Part shown: positions 50,101-62,827 of the stretch, in pieces
Layout of the letters: each line of letters starts with the position of its first letter
How positions within the stretch are numbered: position 1 is the stretch's first letter
Origin: Antedon mediterranea
Lineage: Eukaryota > Animalia > Echinodermata
Length of the DNA stretch: 64,000 nucleotides
Assembly: GCF_964355755.1 (NCBI RefSeq)
Contig: NC_092677.1
Span: forward strand, 13,724,101 to 13,788,100
Reading direction: 5' to 3'
Program-made: the position numbers and the translations under genes
Notes under the pieces: model-generated
What the model saw: only the letters and a program-made list of their open reading frames with translations
The model's database searches: none
What the model was told of the DNA's origin: nothing

Positions 50101-53100
50101 AATAACCTAGTAAATTTTCGAGACGAGTGGGAGGTTACCCCGGTGTACTAGTTCACACACAGCCACTGTCACAAACTCATCATAGTACTATACACTGTGA
50201 CTGAAAAGACTACCCAGTATAACGAATAAATAATAATAATAACAAAAAACATTAATTACCTCAAACTATACAATTCAATTAAACTATAATATAATATTTT
50301 AATTCTTACTATGTAACTTAAGATTTTTTAAATAATAATAATTGTTTCTCTTTTAGACATTAGATCGTGTTTATTTACAATTACAACATTTCCTTGACGA
50401 CCCTCAATACAAAGGTGAACTTTCAATGTTGGTGGAGATTATTCGTATATTTGGCGTTGTCGGACCAAACACAGAACCAAAGTTTAGAGATGAATGTAAG
50501 TACTTTATTCTTTATTCAAAAATGTGAACTACTCACCAGTGTTGACGAAATTGTTAAATATTTACTTGATCAAGACTTCTACTCTTACTTATAACAATCA
50601 ACGTTTATGTAATATTTTTATCTTTTGGATCAACCACATTTTCAAACTAGAGGGTACTCTGAGAGTACAAACCTCCGCCTACTGTAAAATTCCCCTACAT
50701 AAAATGTCAATATATATATATTCTTAATTTTTTTTTTATTAGTTGTAAGTGTAAAAGTAAAGTTGTGGATGAGAGTTTGGTGTAGTGGTTATGTATCCAG
50801 CCTCTCACAGTTTAGATCGCTGGTTCAATTCCCACTGAGGTTTAAAAAAAATTTTTTTTTTTATTTCTTTTTTTTTGTGGAACTTAATCTTTGACCCTGA
50901 CCCTTCAAAATTTAACCACAATTATATGATGAGTCATTGATCATTGTGGCTAAGTTTGGTGAGAATAGGATAAAAACTGTGGTCTCTAGGCAGTAAAATA
51001 GTTTTTTGTTAGTTGTGACCTTGACCTATGACCTTTTTCCTTCAAAAGCGAACTTGTCCGAGCTTTTGAGGCATAGATCATTGTGGCCAAATTTGGCCGG
51101 TTTCGGATGAAAACTGTGGCCTCCAGGCTGTTCACAGACACACACACAGACACACAATACATACAGGGGTGAAAATATAACCTCCTTGGCGGAGGTAATA
51201 AGCAAAATAGCATTTTATTTAACTGTGACAGTGTTGTATACTTATTTACAAAAATATTTGTTAATGATACTGTATATCTTAATCTGTAGTTATTCCAAAA
51301 GATTTGCTATTTAGAATTTTGTTGTTATATATTTTCACCTTCTGTTGCTAAGCTCATATTTTTTTATATGTTGCAGTGGCTCCTGTGAGAAGCCTTTCTG
51401 TGAAATATTGAATTAAAAAAAATGTGCTGTATATGCATTTAAAAAAATATTTTTTAATAAAATATCTTAATCTGTACTCTACTGTCATAAATAAGTATTG
51501 AGTTTTCAATTAACTTAAGGCAATAAGGGTAAACTATATTGTTCTCATCAGTACCTCTCAAAATGTTTGTACTAGATTTCAATAAATTTCCATCTTTTAT
51601 GATTTCATGCCATATCAAATCAAGGTTTATTGGCATTCGTTCTTGAATCTTCATCGAATCCACAAATTAGATATTGTGTTTCAGCCACAGCTGCACACAA
51701 TCATGAGCAGCATCATTGAATTCAGCAAAGTTTTTGCTGTGCATCTCTGATTCAAATATGGGCATTTCAGTAAATTGTCCATTGTCTGCTAAGATTTCTT
51801 GTTTGGCTGATGAAATGCCTTCCACATTTGCACAGATGACAGTCAAAGCTTGTCCTAGAAAGGACCCTCTTTGGCATGATGTTAACAAAATCTAGTTGCG
51901 GTGGTGTTAAAAAGTAGGCCGAAGTCAGGTACTACTAGCTTGACTACACACTACACTAACTTATCCAGGGCCGCGTGTATATGTATACAGACGCTCCTAA
52001 CTTGGCTCTGAATAATAACAAATGAAAAATAATATTTTATGTATTTCCAAATTTAAAAAGACATGTATAATACAATGGAACCTCTCCTTTGGGACAAGAT
52101 AGAATATATTTGTTAACATTAAATGGCTAACCCCTATCCATGGGACATTCATATTAAATGGACTCTTCAGTAAAGTGTTCTACTGTACTGTTAACTAATT
52201 CTACTATTAATTTTGATTTATCTTGGTTTTGTAGTTATTTTACCTCGGCTTGCTGCAATAGCTCACACAAACAACAACACATCAAGTCGTAACAGGCAGT
52301 CTGAGGTAGCCATGGGATTATTTGAGGCCTACAGTGCTCTTTCTTGCTGCTGTATCCTTTTATTGTCTTTGAATTTTATATACATAATTTAATTAATCTA
52401 TTATCCTTGTATTTTGAAAATGACATGTGTGCTAGAAATTGCACTTCTTAACATATTCAGGTATGCTGTAGATGTGCTGTTTATATCTTGGTGTGGAATT
52501 CAAAAGTTTAATTAATTTACTCTAAAGTGGGCTGTAAATGGCAAAGAAGGACATTTAGGCTGTATGGTAGGCCCTGGTTAGGCAATTGATCGCACTCCAA
52601 CAGTTCAAAAACAAGGGCTGTGAACATCTATTTGTGATAATGGAACTCAAAATAAGAATCCATTACATGCCTTAAAATACTGAATGTGAAATCCATTTAA
52701 TTTATTCATGTACACAGTTTTTAAGATTGTAAGATTAAGGTAATTTCTAATAAACCATAGGGGTTCTAAATGAATAAACTAAACTTTCAAGGGTTTCTGG
52801 TAGAGAATTTTTTTTTGTATTCTCTACAGTACCATAGAAAAACGTAAAGAACATTTCTCTGTATTTTTCAGTTTTAATCTTTATGCATTTTTTATGTACT
52901 TTGCCTTTAACCGTTGGTTAGTTATATCAGAGGTTCAAATCCGTGACGCAATGCTTCCAGGTTTACGGTGCTTAAGGCAAGATCTGGAAACACTTTCACC
53001 AGAACATGAGGTAAAGTAAAAATATTTATTAAAGATTGATTGATAAAACTTTAAACTGAATGTAGGTGTACCCACATTTTATATAGCACATACCATTGTC

Positions 53101-56100
53101 TCAATGCGCTTTGAAATAGAGAAAAATAAATGATTCTATGCTATAACTGATAGAGACGTAAAACTATTAGAGGAAAAAACATCTTCAACAGCCTGTTGTG
53201 GAGTCGCTGGTTACATGGTTACTATCTCTATAGCTCAATTTTCACTAGTTACAGTTTTTTTTTCTTCTGCTATTCTTTGTTTCTTGTTGTTTGTGGTATC
53301 TTCCCATATCTCTGTATCTCTAGTTACTTTTAAAACATACAGTACAACTGTTGTATCATAGTACAGAAATATCCTATTTATTTATCCTTCTTTCTTTATG
53401 GAACTTCTGTAATTTGTTTATTGATTTGTCAAAATGTAATTTTGTTGAGGGCCTGTATATATAGAGATAGATATATTAACCTTTTAACATGGACACTAGT
53501 TATTTCAGTAAATGCTAATTGATTTGATATTATAAGGTTTTTAATTTAATATTATTGTGTTTCTGTTTTCAGGTTGTGGTATCGTCAATGATTAAAGATC
53601 TTGAAAGTAAAATTTCTGGTAGAGAAAGGTAAGATGAGCAGAATTGTATGTAACAAGTGATACTTAAAACAGCTTGTCAATCACGCTATCAGCTTTGGCT
53701 TCTGTCGCTAAATTAAAACATGTTTATTAACTGTATATGTACAATATATCCTTATAGAAATTACACATTAGATACACACAACTGAAGTTTGACTAATTTT
53801 ATAATAAAAAAAATACAGAACAGAAATCTTTAATAAATTTTATTAAAGTTTTAATAATATTTTTGTCTTATAAATTCAAAAGTAATATTGATTGATGCAT
53901 ATTGACGTTATTTATTAATTTGATTTAAATAATAATTTTTATAATTAATGCACAATCAAGGCGTTCTTGGATTTATTCATAATTACATTTCCAGTAAGTA
54001 CCATAAACACTAATCATATTTTCAGTAAGTATTTTTTTTTACATTACAGTTTTTTATTTATTTATTTTTATTGTTTCATAAATTGCTTTTTTCATTTATT
54101 TCATACACATCCAACAGCAAAAAAACCTCACCAATTCATGATGAACTATATTATGCTTGTAAACTAAGTCTTTCTCAAGGCTTAGGAAGTGGAGTAGTTT
54201 TAGTAATGAGTTACAAACTGGTTCAGGATTGAACCCTGGATCTTGGGAATCCAAGCACATGAACCACACAGTATATCTGGTCTACTTCAAGAGAGAATAG
54301 TGCGATTTAAAACACAAAGTTCTTGATTTACATATTTTTTAAAAGGTTGTGTCCATGTCCATGTTTGGAGACATGAAAACTGGGCTTGTCTATTTATTTA
54401 TCCTATAAAAAACAAACAAAACAATCCCCCTAACTTCCTATTTTTCGAAACTGTTTGGCCAAGCCGACTTGGCCCAACTCTGAATTCATTTACATACATG
54501 TACGTTTTTATGGATCAAATCTCCATTATAAATAGTATTATTATACAATTTTTATACAGCCTGACTTATGTCATAAATAAATGTAACTAAGAAAGTTACG
54601 AATTATTACAAAGATTACAAACGTTCAAAACAGTAAGGAGTACACTCAGGTTATTCACAATGTAAAAGTGCCAATTACGAACTCAGTGATGTAACTCACA
54701 GACTCGAGGCCACTGGTTTAGGAACCCTAAGTGGCCCTCCAACGCTGGAGACCTCGGGCCTGTTTTTCCTCCAGGCACTGCTCAGGGCCCCCATAAGCTA
54801 CAGGGTCTCTGTGTTTAGCGGGTGAGTGCTCATAGCTGTTACAACACTGTATGAACTGTAGTTTAAAATGTCTACACTACTGCTAATATTAGTAATAAAG
54901 ATATTAAAGACCATCATTACATTAACAAGTAAAAATGAAGAAGATTATCCTATTGATCATCAGCTTTTAAGTTTGCTTGTTACATATGAGGAATGAAACT
55001 TCTTTGCTTTGATTATTTGTCATTGGCTTTCATTTTCATACAGTGAGACATTGTTTCCCATCATGCACAGCATTTTAGTCACTTAAGTTCTATGTGCCTT
55101 GCATGGGTTTAGTATTTATTTGGGTTTCATTTTTTTGGGTTTATTTTGTAATGTATTATATGGTGTTATTGTTTGTTTGTTTTGTTTTCAATATTAAGCT
55201 CTTTTTTATTGCACTGTGTGTAGACATAGGAAGCATCTGACCACAGTAATCATATTACACAACTTATTACAGTGAGAGCTTATTACCTGTTCTGCATATT
55301 CCCTGCTTTCACAATGTTACATTTGTCGCATGGAAGAAATGGGAAACTACACAAAGCTAGATTTTAAGCCTGTGCTGATGATAGTGAAACAACATGTTGT
55401 TTATGATCTGTGACATCACATGATGCAATAAAAAAAGTTCATATTATGGGATTTATTTGGGATGGTATTGGAAGTATTGTTGATAGTTTAAGTAATAGCC
55501 TTTCATGCTCAAGAATTATTACAAAAATCCAAGCATGTAGTGGCAGTTTATATATGTCTATGATTCATTTTGTTTAATGCATTTGGTTTAAGTGTAATGC
55601 CTTGTGCGTTTTCTTTTTTTTTTTCAAATGTTTATATGATTAAAATTACATTTCCATTGATATGGAAAAAGCATATTAATGAAGTTAATTTCAAATGCAC
55701 ATATAATGAACAGATCTGAACCAGTAATTAAAAACCAATAATTAAACTAAGAAACCAATTTTTAAAATAATTGAAATCAATTTTAATAAGATTATTATTC
55801 TTATAACAACAAACATTAAAATTTTATTCTGATTGGAAAGCTGTTTATACAAATCACTCAAATGATTAGACTTGGAAGAGGACCTATTTATACTGTCTGC
55901 ATATTACATAGACTTAAATTCAAACCATTTTACACCACTGGGGTTTTTGGAGACATGTTGATCATCATCTTCCTATACTGTGCAGAAACTCATTTGAGTA
56001 TAGTTACACATGTTACCAATGTTTGTTTTTGTGTTAAGAGGTTATTATTATGAATACAATCCCCAATACAGAAAGGGCTGTAATAAGAATAGCAGATTCT

Positions 56101-56810
56101 TTTGTGTAAGCTGATTTTTGTAGGTTATGACAGAAGTACAAAGTTTTCAGAGATATGACCATTTAACCATTATGCCATGGGAAGTAGATTATATGGTTCT
56201 CATCAACCAATCAATCAAAAGACTTTTGATTATTATTACTAATTAGGCTAATTTTATATCTGTATAATAATGATAATGTAAAAAGTTTAGATGATCTAGG
56301 CCTAGCTATGCTTCCATATACTCAGATCTATTAAGTGTATGCGACATGCTTTCTCATCATGTGATCAAAATCTAATAATGAAAGTTGACTGACATTCCAC
56401 GCCAAGATTTTGAAAAGAAATGAAAAACCATAGAATATACAATATTTCCTCTAGCCTTGTTTGCAAATGTTTCAAAACTTGCGTGATGTATTAAGTAAAT
56501 ATTGAGTGACGTAATATTCAGGCACCAAATGGAAACAACAAGACAATTCAAATATGTAAGAAAAAAAAAGGAATTACTAATTTCGAAAGAGCCCTTTTCC
56601 AAATATTTGTTAGTGTTTTTTCAGAGAAAACATTTTTATTTGATCTTCTGCAGAGCTGCAAGTGGTGCCAGTTTAGCAAGTATTGGTGATTCTGTAGCCA
56701 ACATGGGTGAGGACGCCAAAAGCAAGATATTCAACCGTCTCGGCGCCCTCAAAGACAAGTCATCAGCTTCACGTTCTAAAGTTACATCAATGTTTAGCAA
56801 GAAGAAGTGA
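23138..56810 (+). CDS. RELCH: RAB11-binding protein RELCH (KIAA1468; LisH, coiled-coil, HEAT repeats), 23 exons, ~1177 aa
   Basis: Motifs LTALELHTELVESGRELPRLRDYFSNPGNFE, DSLDFARYSDDG, EKRALNFLINEYLL (LisH), LPHIVPNVLLAKREEL, LPGLRCLR..LSPEHE. Phase-consistent exons: 23138-23468, 32563-32724, 35059-35123, 35888-36001, 37593-37796, 38383-38471, 39127-39447, 39917-40094, 40812-40924, 42374-42536, 44135-44437, 45013-45175, 45600-45756, 46448-46571, 46662-46710, 47284-47476, 47991-48173, 48854-48917, 50357-50495, 52235-52351, 52922-53010, 53573-53628, 56654-56810. Confidence 0.95.
24539..30253 (+). CDS. Transposase-XPG/FEN1-like nuclease-CXC fusion protein, 7 exons, ~1605 aa
   Basis: Exons 24539-24835, 25159-25414, 25515-25668, 25797-25970, 26098-26166, 26298-26482 and 26571-30253 join in frame (4818 nt). 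N-terminal HxxCY..Y and CIIC motifs. Transposase motifs WDNIDF, FDQAIY, RLGEFH, DQTIEETLNRDCK. Nuclease motifs DAMALL, RVDFVCD, HEEADTR, SPDTDV, TGCDSTSAFYGKGK. Nine-Cys CXC tail. Confidence 0.88.
30285..30995 (+). repeat. 194-bp tandem repeat (~3.6 copies) inside the transposon, 3' of the transposase
   Basis: TAGTATTTGTTATGTAAGCTGTAGAAG recurs at 30421, 30615 and 30809. The inner copies are nearly identical and the outer parts are diverged. Confidence 0.92.
36722..36830 (+). mobile_element. tRNA-derived SINE head
   Basis: GCCCCAGTGGTCTAATGGTTAGGAC...GAGTTTGAA has A/B-box-like motifs but no complete cloverleaf. Similar heads at ~47757 and ~50772 (+) and at ~39550, ~54230 and ~61065 (-). Confidence 0.5.
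42635..43705. mobile_element. Cluster of LINE 3'-end fragments
   Basis: Minus-strand fragment with a (CTTGA)n tail (~42635-42900). Plus-strand fragment DETHPLH..F....SG.R.R....KTKRFRCSFVP.AI (43098-43286) with an (ATGACT)n tail. A third 3' end carries a (TCAAA)n tail at ~43683-43705. Confidence 0.7.
46908..47066. mobile_element. Abundant PIF/Harbinger-type MITE family (representative copy)
   Basis: TIR AGCTCTGTCTACACTA..AAA / TTTGATAGTGTA.ACAGAGCT, with TTA on both sides. Other copies or fragments at ~10614-10730, 14290-14430, 15295-15365, 37335-37552, 37903-37995, 40340-40400, 42175-42350 and 58608-58809 (the last with an expanded 21-bp internal minisatellite). Confidence 0.8.
47517..47682. 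mobile_element. hAT-type MITE, copy 1
   Basis: CAGTGGTGTAA...TTACGCCACTG termini; 8-bp TSD ATCACACC/ATCACGCC. Confidence 0.75.
48340..48677 (+). mobile_element. 5S rRNA-derived SINE (SINE3-like) or 5S pseudogene with a 3' tail
   Basis: 48340-48424 matches 5S rRNA (TACCACGTTGAA...GAAGTTAAGCAAC..GGGCCTGGTTAG..CTTGGATGGGAGACC..CTGGGAATA.CGGGTGCTGTA) with an internal ~20-nt deletion. It is followed by ~240 bp of non-5S body ending in AATAAAAAAAAAAAA. Confidence 0.75.
49448..50198 (+). repeat. 107-bp tandem array, 7 copies, SINE-core derived
   Basis: CTGTGCACTTTGAATAACCTAGTAC...GGTTACCCCGGTGTACTAG...TACTATACA recurs every 106-107 bp and is followed by an (AAT)n tail at ~50225-50241. Confidence 0.95.
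50880..51200 (-). mobile_element. Non-autonomous Helentron-like element with TGACCT motifs
   Basis: The minus strand begins ATTACCTCCGCCAAGGAGGTTAT (hairpin), followed by a (TG/TGTC)n microsatellite and duplicated GATCATTGTGGC.AA.TTTGG / TGACCTTGACC blocks. Confidence 0.6.
51780..51990 (-). mobile_element. 5' fragment of an RTE-like LINE
   Basis: Translation SFLGQALTVICANVEGISSAKQEILAD resembles the first strand (xNVxG) of an APE endonuclease. Confidence 0.45.
52352..52921 (+). other. U12-type (minor spliceosome) GT-AG intron in RELCH
   Basis: Donor GTATCCTTT. Branch-site-like TTGCCTTTAAC at 52901-52911, 10 nt before the intron end, with no polypyrimidine tract between them. The join restores the conserved SCC-F-ISE sequence. 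Confidence 0.88.
54684..54849. mobile_element. hAT-type MITE, copy 2
   Basis: CAGTGATGTAA...TTACAACACTG termini; 8-bp TSD TACGAACT/TATGAACT; internal GGTTTAGGAA.CCTAAGTGGCCC shared with 47517-47682. Confidence 0.75.
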
Positions 56811-59006
56811 ATCATTATAATAATAATAGGCTTTCAAATTACCAAAACTACCATATTGAGATATTGTTGCAATTATAGTATTATCAATAATCATATTATT
56901 CATTTAGGAACCTTATTACAATTATTTTACTGCAGTTACTGCAGTAACACTAGTTTGTAATATTCCTTTCCTGGCCAAAATGATGAATATGTATCAGTGT
57001 TCTATCTACAATATTTGTTAAAATGCTATTGTTTTTATGATTTCAAATACTTGATTGTTGAATTTTGTAGAATTGATTTGTATTCTTACATAATGTGCTA
57101 TACCATACATACTGTAAAACAGTAAACAGTTTGACATATTATTCATTAAATTAGATGAAATATATTTACCTCAATTGACTGACTAAAAATGAATTTAATA
57201 ATTAAGCACAAACTAGTTAATCACACCTTTTTTTAAAAATAAAAGAAAATTATCTATATAGAAAATAACTTTTAAAATATGCTGATGAAAACAATGATAT
57301 TTTTGGCAAATTTTCGTCAAAACAGATTGACCTCCTAGCCAATAATAATAGCATCTCACTTGTTTTCACAAAGGCATGAATTGATAAATCCTGTAAAATT
57401 ATTATACAAATAATGAACAGTTATTAGTTGCATGGAGAGAATATTTTTTATGACTGACTGTTCAGTTTTAATGAGACGAAGCCAAGTTACATGAGTGGAG
57501 TTGTAGCTTGGTGGTTATGATGCTCGGCTACCAATCCAAGGGTTCCGGGTTCAACTCCTGTCATGCCAGGACAAATTACAACTCCACTCTCAAAGACTTA
57601 TGTAGAGCATCTTGTATATGTTTGTCTTGTGAATAGGATTGCCACCTTTTAGAAGGACAGTGAACGAAATCGCTTATGGTTATCCTTGGCAAATATTTAA
57701 AAAAAAAACAAAAAACAGGCAGACTTTCGATATATGAAAATTAATCGCTGCTTCCATTTTTAAACATTGTGAAATAGGCAAGGCAAAATTGTGGTTTCAA
57801 TCAAACCAAACAGCCTATTTGAGTTTGGGTACAGAATGTGGCTGTGGATATGGTTTCTCTATGATGGATTAATACTGATGTGTGTTCATGCTGTATAATG
57901 TAACAAATTGCACTGGCACCCGTTCAGGCCTGTAAATATGTCCTAAACTATTTGAGATACTGAGTGCTTCTATATGTACCTTTTTTTCAAGTTTTATATA
58001 ATAATTTTATACTAGTACTATAATTTACTGTTTGAAAGAGAATTTTTTTGTTGTTTTTTGTTGTTGTTGGGTGACTTTACGATTGGTGCAATTTTGTAAA
58101 TCGTGTACATATTATATAGTGATCATACATTCCTGAAATTATTGCAAATAAAATTAATACATATCTTGTCTATAATATCGTAGATGTCCAGCAAATAATG
58201 TAGTTTTGTTTTTTACATTTTTTAGATGAAATTGGTTATCTTGGGTGTATGTTTTCTAATTAAAATTTTAGAACCGTTAATTTTTTATGAGAATTTCTGT
58301 TGTCGTTATTTAATTAAAGGATGATGTATATTATTTTTTTATGTAAAAATCTTGTATTTTTTAAATACGACATTAAAAGTAACTAGAAAAAACAGAAGAC
58401 AAAGAATTTGGAAATTTGTTATCTATTTGAATATTTTTAAGAGTCCTATTCTTGAAAGGGTTGCATTATTTTATCTGTTTATAGGCAATATTTATTTATT
58501 GTTTAAAGGTGTGCCTAGGGAATAAACATTAGTAAAGTCAGGTTTTCTGTACACAATGCTTTTCTAAACAATGTAAAGTTAAGAATATCTTGACATTTCC
58601 GTTGTTAAGCTCTGTCTATACTATCAAACTAGTTTGACAAAAAATTGTTATGTGCTCAAATATGGTAGTAATATGCTTGAATATGGTAGTAATATGCTTG
58701 AATATGGTAGTAATATGCTCGAATATGGTAGTGATATGACATTATCATGTCCATATATGAGTACATCCCATTTTTTTGTCGCATAAAGTTTGATAATGTA
58801 GACAGAGCTTTTAATCCTACAACTGTCTTCTCTTATAATGCTAGACCTGATTTTACTATTGTTCTATTCTATTGGAATGTTTTTTATTTCATCATTCAAA
58901 TATTATTTGATATTTTCTCTCCGACTCATCCAAGATTAAGATTATGATAATAGCATATACATAAGTCTACCAGGAAATATTATGTAAACTATTGCAATAT
59001 ATATGT

Positions 59007-59139
59007 CAGGGGTGGATCCAAGCCTTAAATTTCGCAAATTGTAATGCAAAATGATAGGACATCAAATTAAGCTCAGCCCTTCTTTTCACAATTGTTAGGC
59101 CCTGGGTCCCCCTATTTCAAAATCTTGGATCCGCCACTG
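59007..59139. mobile_element. Short MITE (hAT-like CAG termini)
   Basis: CAGGGGTGGATCCA...TGGATCCGCCACTG inverted termini; no clear TSD. Confidence 0.55.
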
Positions 59140-61680
59140 CATGTAATGTCACCAATAATAGAAACATTTTAGTGCACTATCAATGGCATAATCATAAGGA
59201 GGCTAGCTGTAAAATTAATGTGTATATGGATATAATGCATGTACTATGTTTAGTACTATATTAAACATGCAAAATAGCATTCTGGTGATATCAATAATTT
59301 TCATTACATTCTTATTTACTAACTTAATTCATGCGTATAAAGTATTAGATCATGGACCAAAATTAGATGCTGGTTTATGATTACAAACTTCTTAGGGCAA
59401 TAATCAATGTTGTATAGTGTGACTCTATAAATCATGTGGTAAAAATTATGCCAACTCATCACATACAGTAATGTTACAGTTATAGCAAAATATTTCAATT
59501 TTAGTTTATAGTACTGTTGTATGAAGAAATTGTTACATAGTAAACGACCTCATTTTTGTGCTATATTATTGGCATAGTTTGCATGTATGTCTATAATATA
59601 GTGCTGTATCATAGAAAAATTCTATGATACAGCATCACATGTGAATTATTTATCATGGAATTTTTATGGTTAGGGTAAATGCTGCCGCATGTGACATTGT
59701 TGTTATGATACAAGGGTCACATGTCCGATAATTTGCATAGAAATAAAGTAATAATGGTCACCTGTAATTTTTAGATGGGTCTTTAAAAATAGTTTAACCT
59801 TGTATTATTGTGTTGGCTTCCCATTCAGTACCTTATTCCGATTGTTCATTTTTGTAAACCAGCCCGGTGCAATAAGTTATACTCCACCAAAATACTTCCA
59901 AAAAGTAGAGTAGATATTGAGTGGTATATTAGAATCCAAGAATTCTGTTTCATTATTTGGGTTTTTTTATATTTAGGTTTTTTGGAAATTCTTGATTCAA
60001 ATAGTTCACTTTTTAAAATGTCAATAGTTTGTATAAACATTGTAGAATTGGTAAATGTATTTCAATTATTGAATGCAAGAAAGAATTGTATATGTATTCA
60101 GATATGATTATCAATAATTAATATATACTATGAAATGTATTATGAATATACTGTAATGGTATTTTCTTTATAAAATAAAACAAAGATGTAATAAATCATT
60201 ATTTTAGTGTGTGGAATTTTTAACCAAACTATAGTGGACTGTTCTTGATATTTATGCGCTAAAGGCTTCAAATCATTTGATGGATTGACATGAAAGTTTT
60301 AAAATACACATTCTGCTTTCATGGTATATGTGTACCCTATTTACTTTAACCTAGATATCAGTTTTTTTTAACTTTGTGTGCCTTCCATATATATCATCCA
60401 TAGAACAAGGGTTCTCTTGCCGGTCAATTATGCACACATTTCATATGGGCCCTAAAGACAGTACTTTGCACAATATTTTAAAGACTTGTCATGGTAAGTG
60501 GCAGAAGGGGAGAGAATGTGGTTTGACAGACGCGGGTACCAACTGGCGTGCGCGCGGACGTTTGGGCCCAACTTTGTGGACGTTCGGGCTAAAGTGAACA
60601 CCACTCTCTTTTTATCCCTCTATTGCGAATATACTAGTACTGTAACTCTCTTGTTCATGGACATAGAATAATATTGTCTAGAGGGTCATTTCTTGTACCT
60701 TGCTCTCCTGGAAAGATTACAGTTACAAAGTCTCATTAAACAGTAATAACAATTGTTTATTTGTTCAACATGAAACATAATAAGTCATTTTTTTTTTAAA
60801 TTGAAAAAAAAAACTACTAAAACAACATTTTCTATCCATGAAAATTGATTAAAAAAGAACAAAAGCAAGAAATATGTATTAGTTAACTAATACTTAATAT
60901 AACTACTTACTATAATTTTTGGTATTTTGTTTTTACACTTTTTATATTGTTTTATATTAACATTATATTTTTTCAAGTTTGTCTAAGTATATCCATACAT
61001 ATTCAACAATGGGTATTAAATCAAAAAAATATATGCTAAAAATGGTAGTCTCTTCCAAGAGGATTTGAACTCGGGTCTCTAGGATTTCAAGGCAACTACC
61101 AAGCTACAGTGCCGCTACATATTGCCAATGGCTTTAAACTAAAAATTGCATAAAACGGATCAACAATTCAACAATCAACTAAATATGGCATTGTTATTAT
61201 ATATTAATTAATAGTTATACTGCAGAATACATTCAATATATTTCAACATATATAGTAATTCAGGATTAATTGTCAAAAAACAACTAGAGGAGAACCCCTT
61301 CTTTGGTACACCTCTATGGGTGGGAAACGAACAAAAGCATGTTATACTGTAACACTAAATCTAACCCTATTCATGGGATCCCCCTAACAAAAACAACAAT
61401 AGAAGGTTAGCCATATTAGGAGATACCTTTGGTAATTGAAAAGTTAAAATAGTGTCCTCTGAATTGAATAGGGTTAGAGGTTTTAACCCCTATTCATGGG
61501 ACACCCCTAGTAGACACTTGGGTCCCAAATATTAATAGGGATTTTACTTTACAATATTTCTGGAACATTTTACTTACAGTATATCCCATATAGTATACAC
61601 TTTTAGTACTTACAAAGTGTTCCCTTAATAGAATTTCTCCTGAATAGGGGTTGACCTTAGTGTCTGATTGATTGCCCAAA

Positions 61681-61772
61681 AGGGAGGGGGGTCGAGGTAG
61701 GGGAGGGGGGTCGAGGTAGGGGAGGGGGGTCGAGGTAGGGGGGGTGGATGTTGGTGGGGGAGGGGGGGGGGG
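61681..61772 (+). repeat. G-rich 19-bp minisatellite with G-quadruplex potential
   Basis: GGGGAGGGGGGTCGAGGTA repeated three times, then further G-runs. Confidence 0.8.
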
Positions 61773-62265
61773 TATGTGGTTCTACTGTATAAAAGTTATC
61801 TAATTTAAATATTTTAACAATATTGTATTACACAGTATTACTATTTATAGTACTCAAATATTATTCAACCCTTTCATTAAAAAAAAAGGATTATTATTAC
61901 ACTTAATTTCGGTGTTTGGTTGTTACACAACTTACACATATTTGTAAATAATATTACTGTATACAGTACACGCCGTAGTAACACTATCAAAGCAATTTAT
62001 GGTGATCAGATCTAAATGTGCGCTTAAATTTAAACCCTAAAAAAATATATATAGGCTTATGCCAACTTATGAATCTCAACATTTCTTAATATTAGACTGT
62101 AAAATAATACTGAATATATTAATTTGACAGTGAACAAGCAAAAAATAAATATTGAGGTACAGATTTTGAATTTAATATTTAAAGTGAACTATTTTGAAAT
62201 TTAAATTGCACCATTAAACATAGCATAAAACTTACTGATGGTATATTTGTTTACGTTTGAATTCA

Positions 62266-62455
62266 GGGCCTTTCACACCTGTTCCTGCACAGTTCCGGTC
62301 TGGCACCGGCAAATCAAAACGAACGTTGATGTTTTGTTTTGACGCGGCTACGTGCATAACTATTGGTGTATAGCCATGTGGAGTGTCATGAAAACGAAAC
62401 ATTTGATTTCAATTTGATTTGCCAGAGCCGGACCGGAACAGGTGTGAAAGACCCT
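62266..62455. mobile_element. MITE with ~25-bp TIRs (Harbinger-like)
   Basis: AGGGCCTTTCACACCTGTTCC ... GGAACAGGTGTGAAAGACCCT, with internal mirrored GGCAAATCAAA / TTTGATTTGCC. Confidence 0.7.
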
Positions 62456-62827
62456 TTACGCATGAGGCCCAGCCACAAAATTATATAGACATAAGGGAGA
62501 CTTAGATCTCACTATCTATAAATTAGGTATATGTCATATCTATATTCTCTACAGTAATAGATATGACACAAAACACATAGTTATTTAAACGCCTTTGGTC
62601 AACTTCTTGATGAGTTTATATATACCCACAACCACACATGTCATTTTGAATTAGCATTGCGTAATGAGCCAAGCATCAGCAACATTCGAAGTTTAAAAAC
62701 TGGCTTTTTATTAATTGTAGAAAAGATTCTTTGATCTTACAGCATTTTGTAGTATTGACAATTTAGTAAATTGTTTTAATTATGGAATTTGAAAACATCT
62801 CTTTCTCTCTTGAATTCTGATGCAAGG

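Noticed and set aside
49448-50198. Tandem array as a CRISPR array or hammerhead retrozyme
   Set aside because: Whole units repeat with no unique spacers and there are no cas genes. Neither strand has a proper CTGANGA...GAAA core (the minus strand reads CTATGATGAG).
55223-55250. Possible RELCH micro-exon
   Set aside because: The AG...GT interval is 22 nt, which breaks the frame, and the donor is weak.
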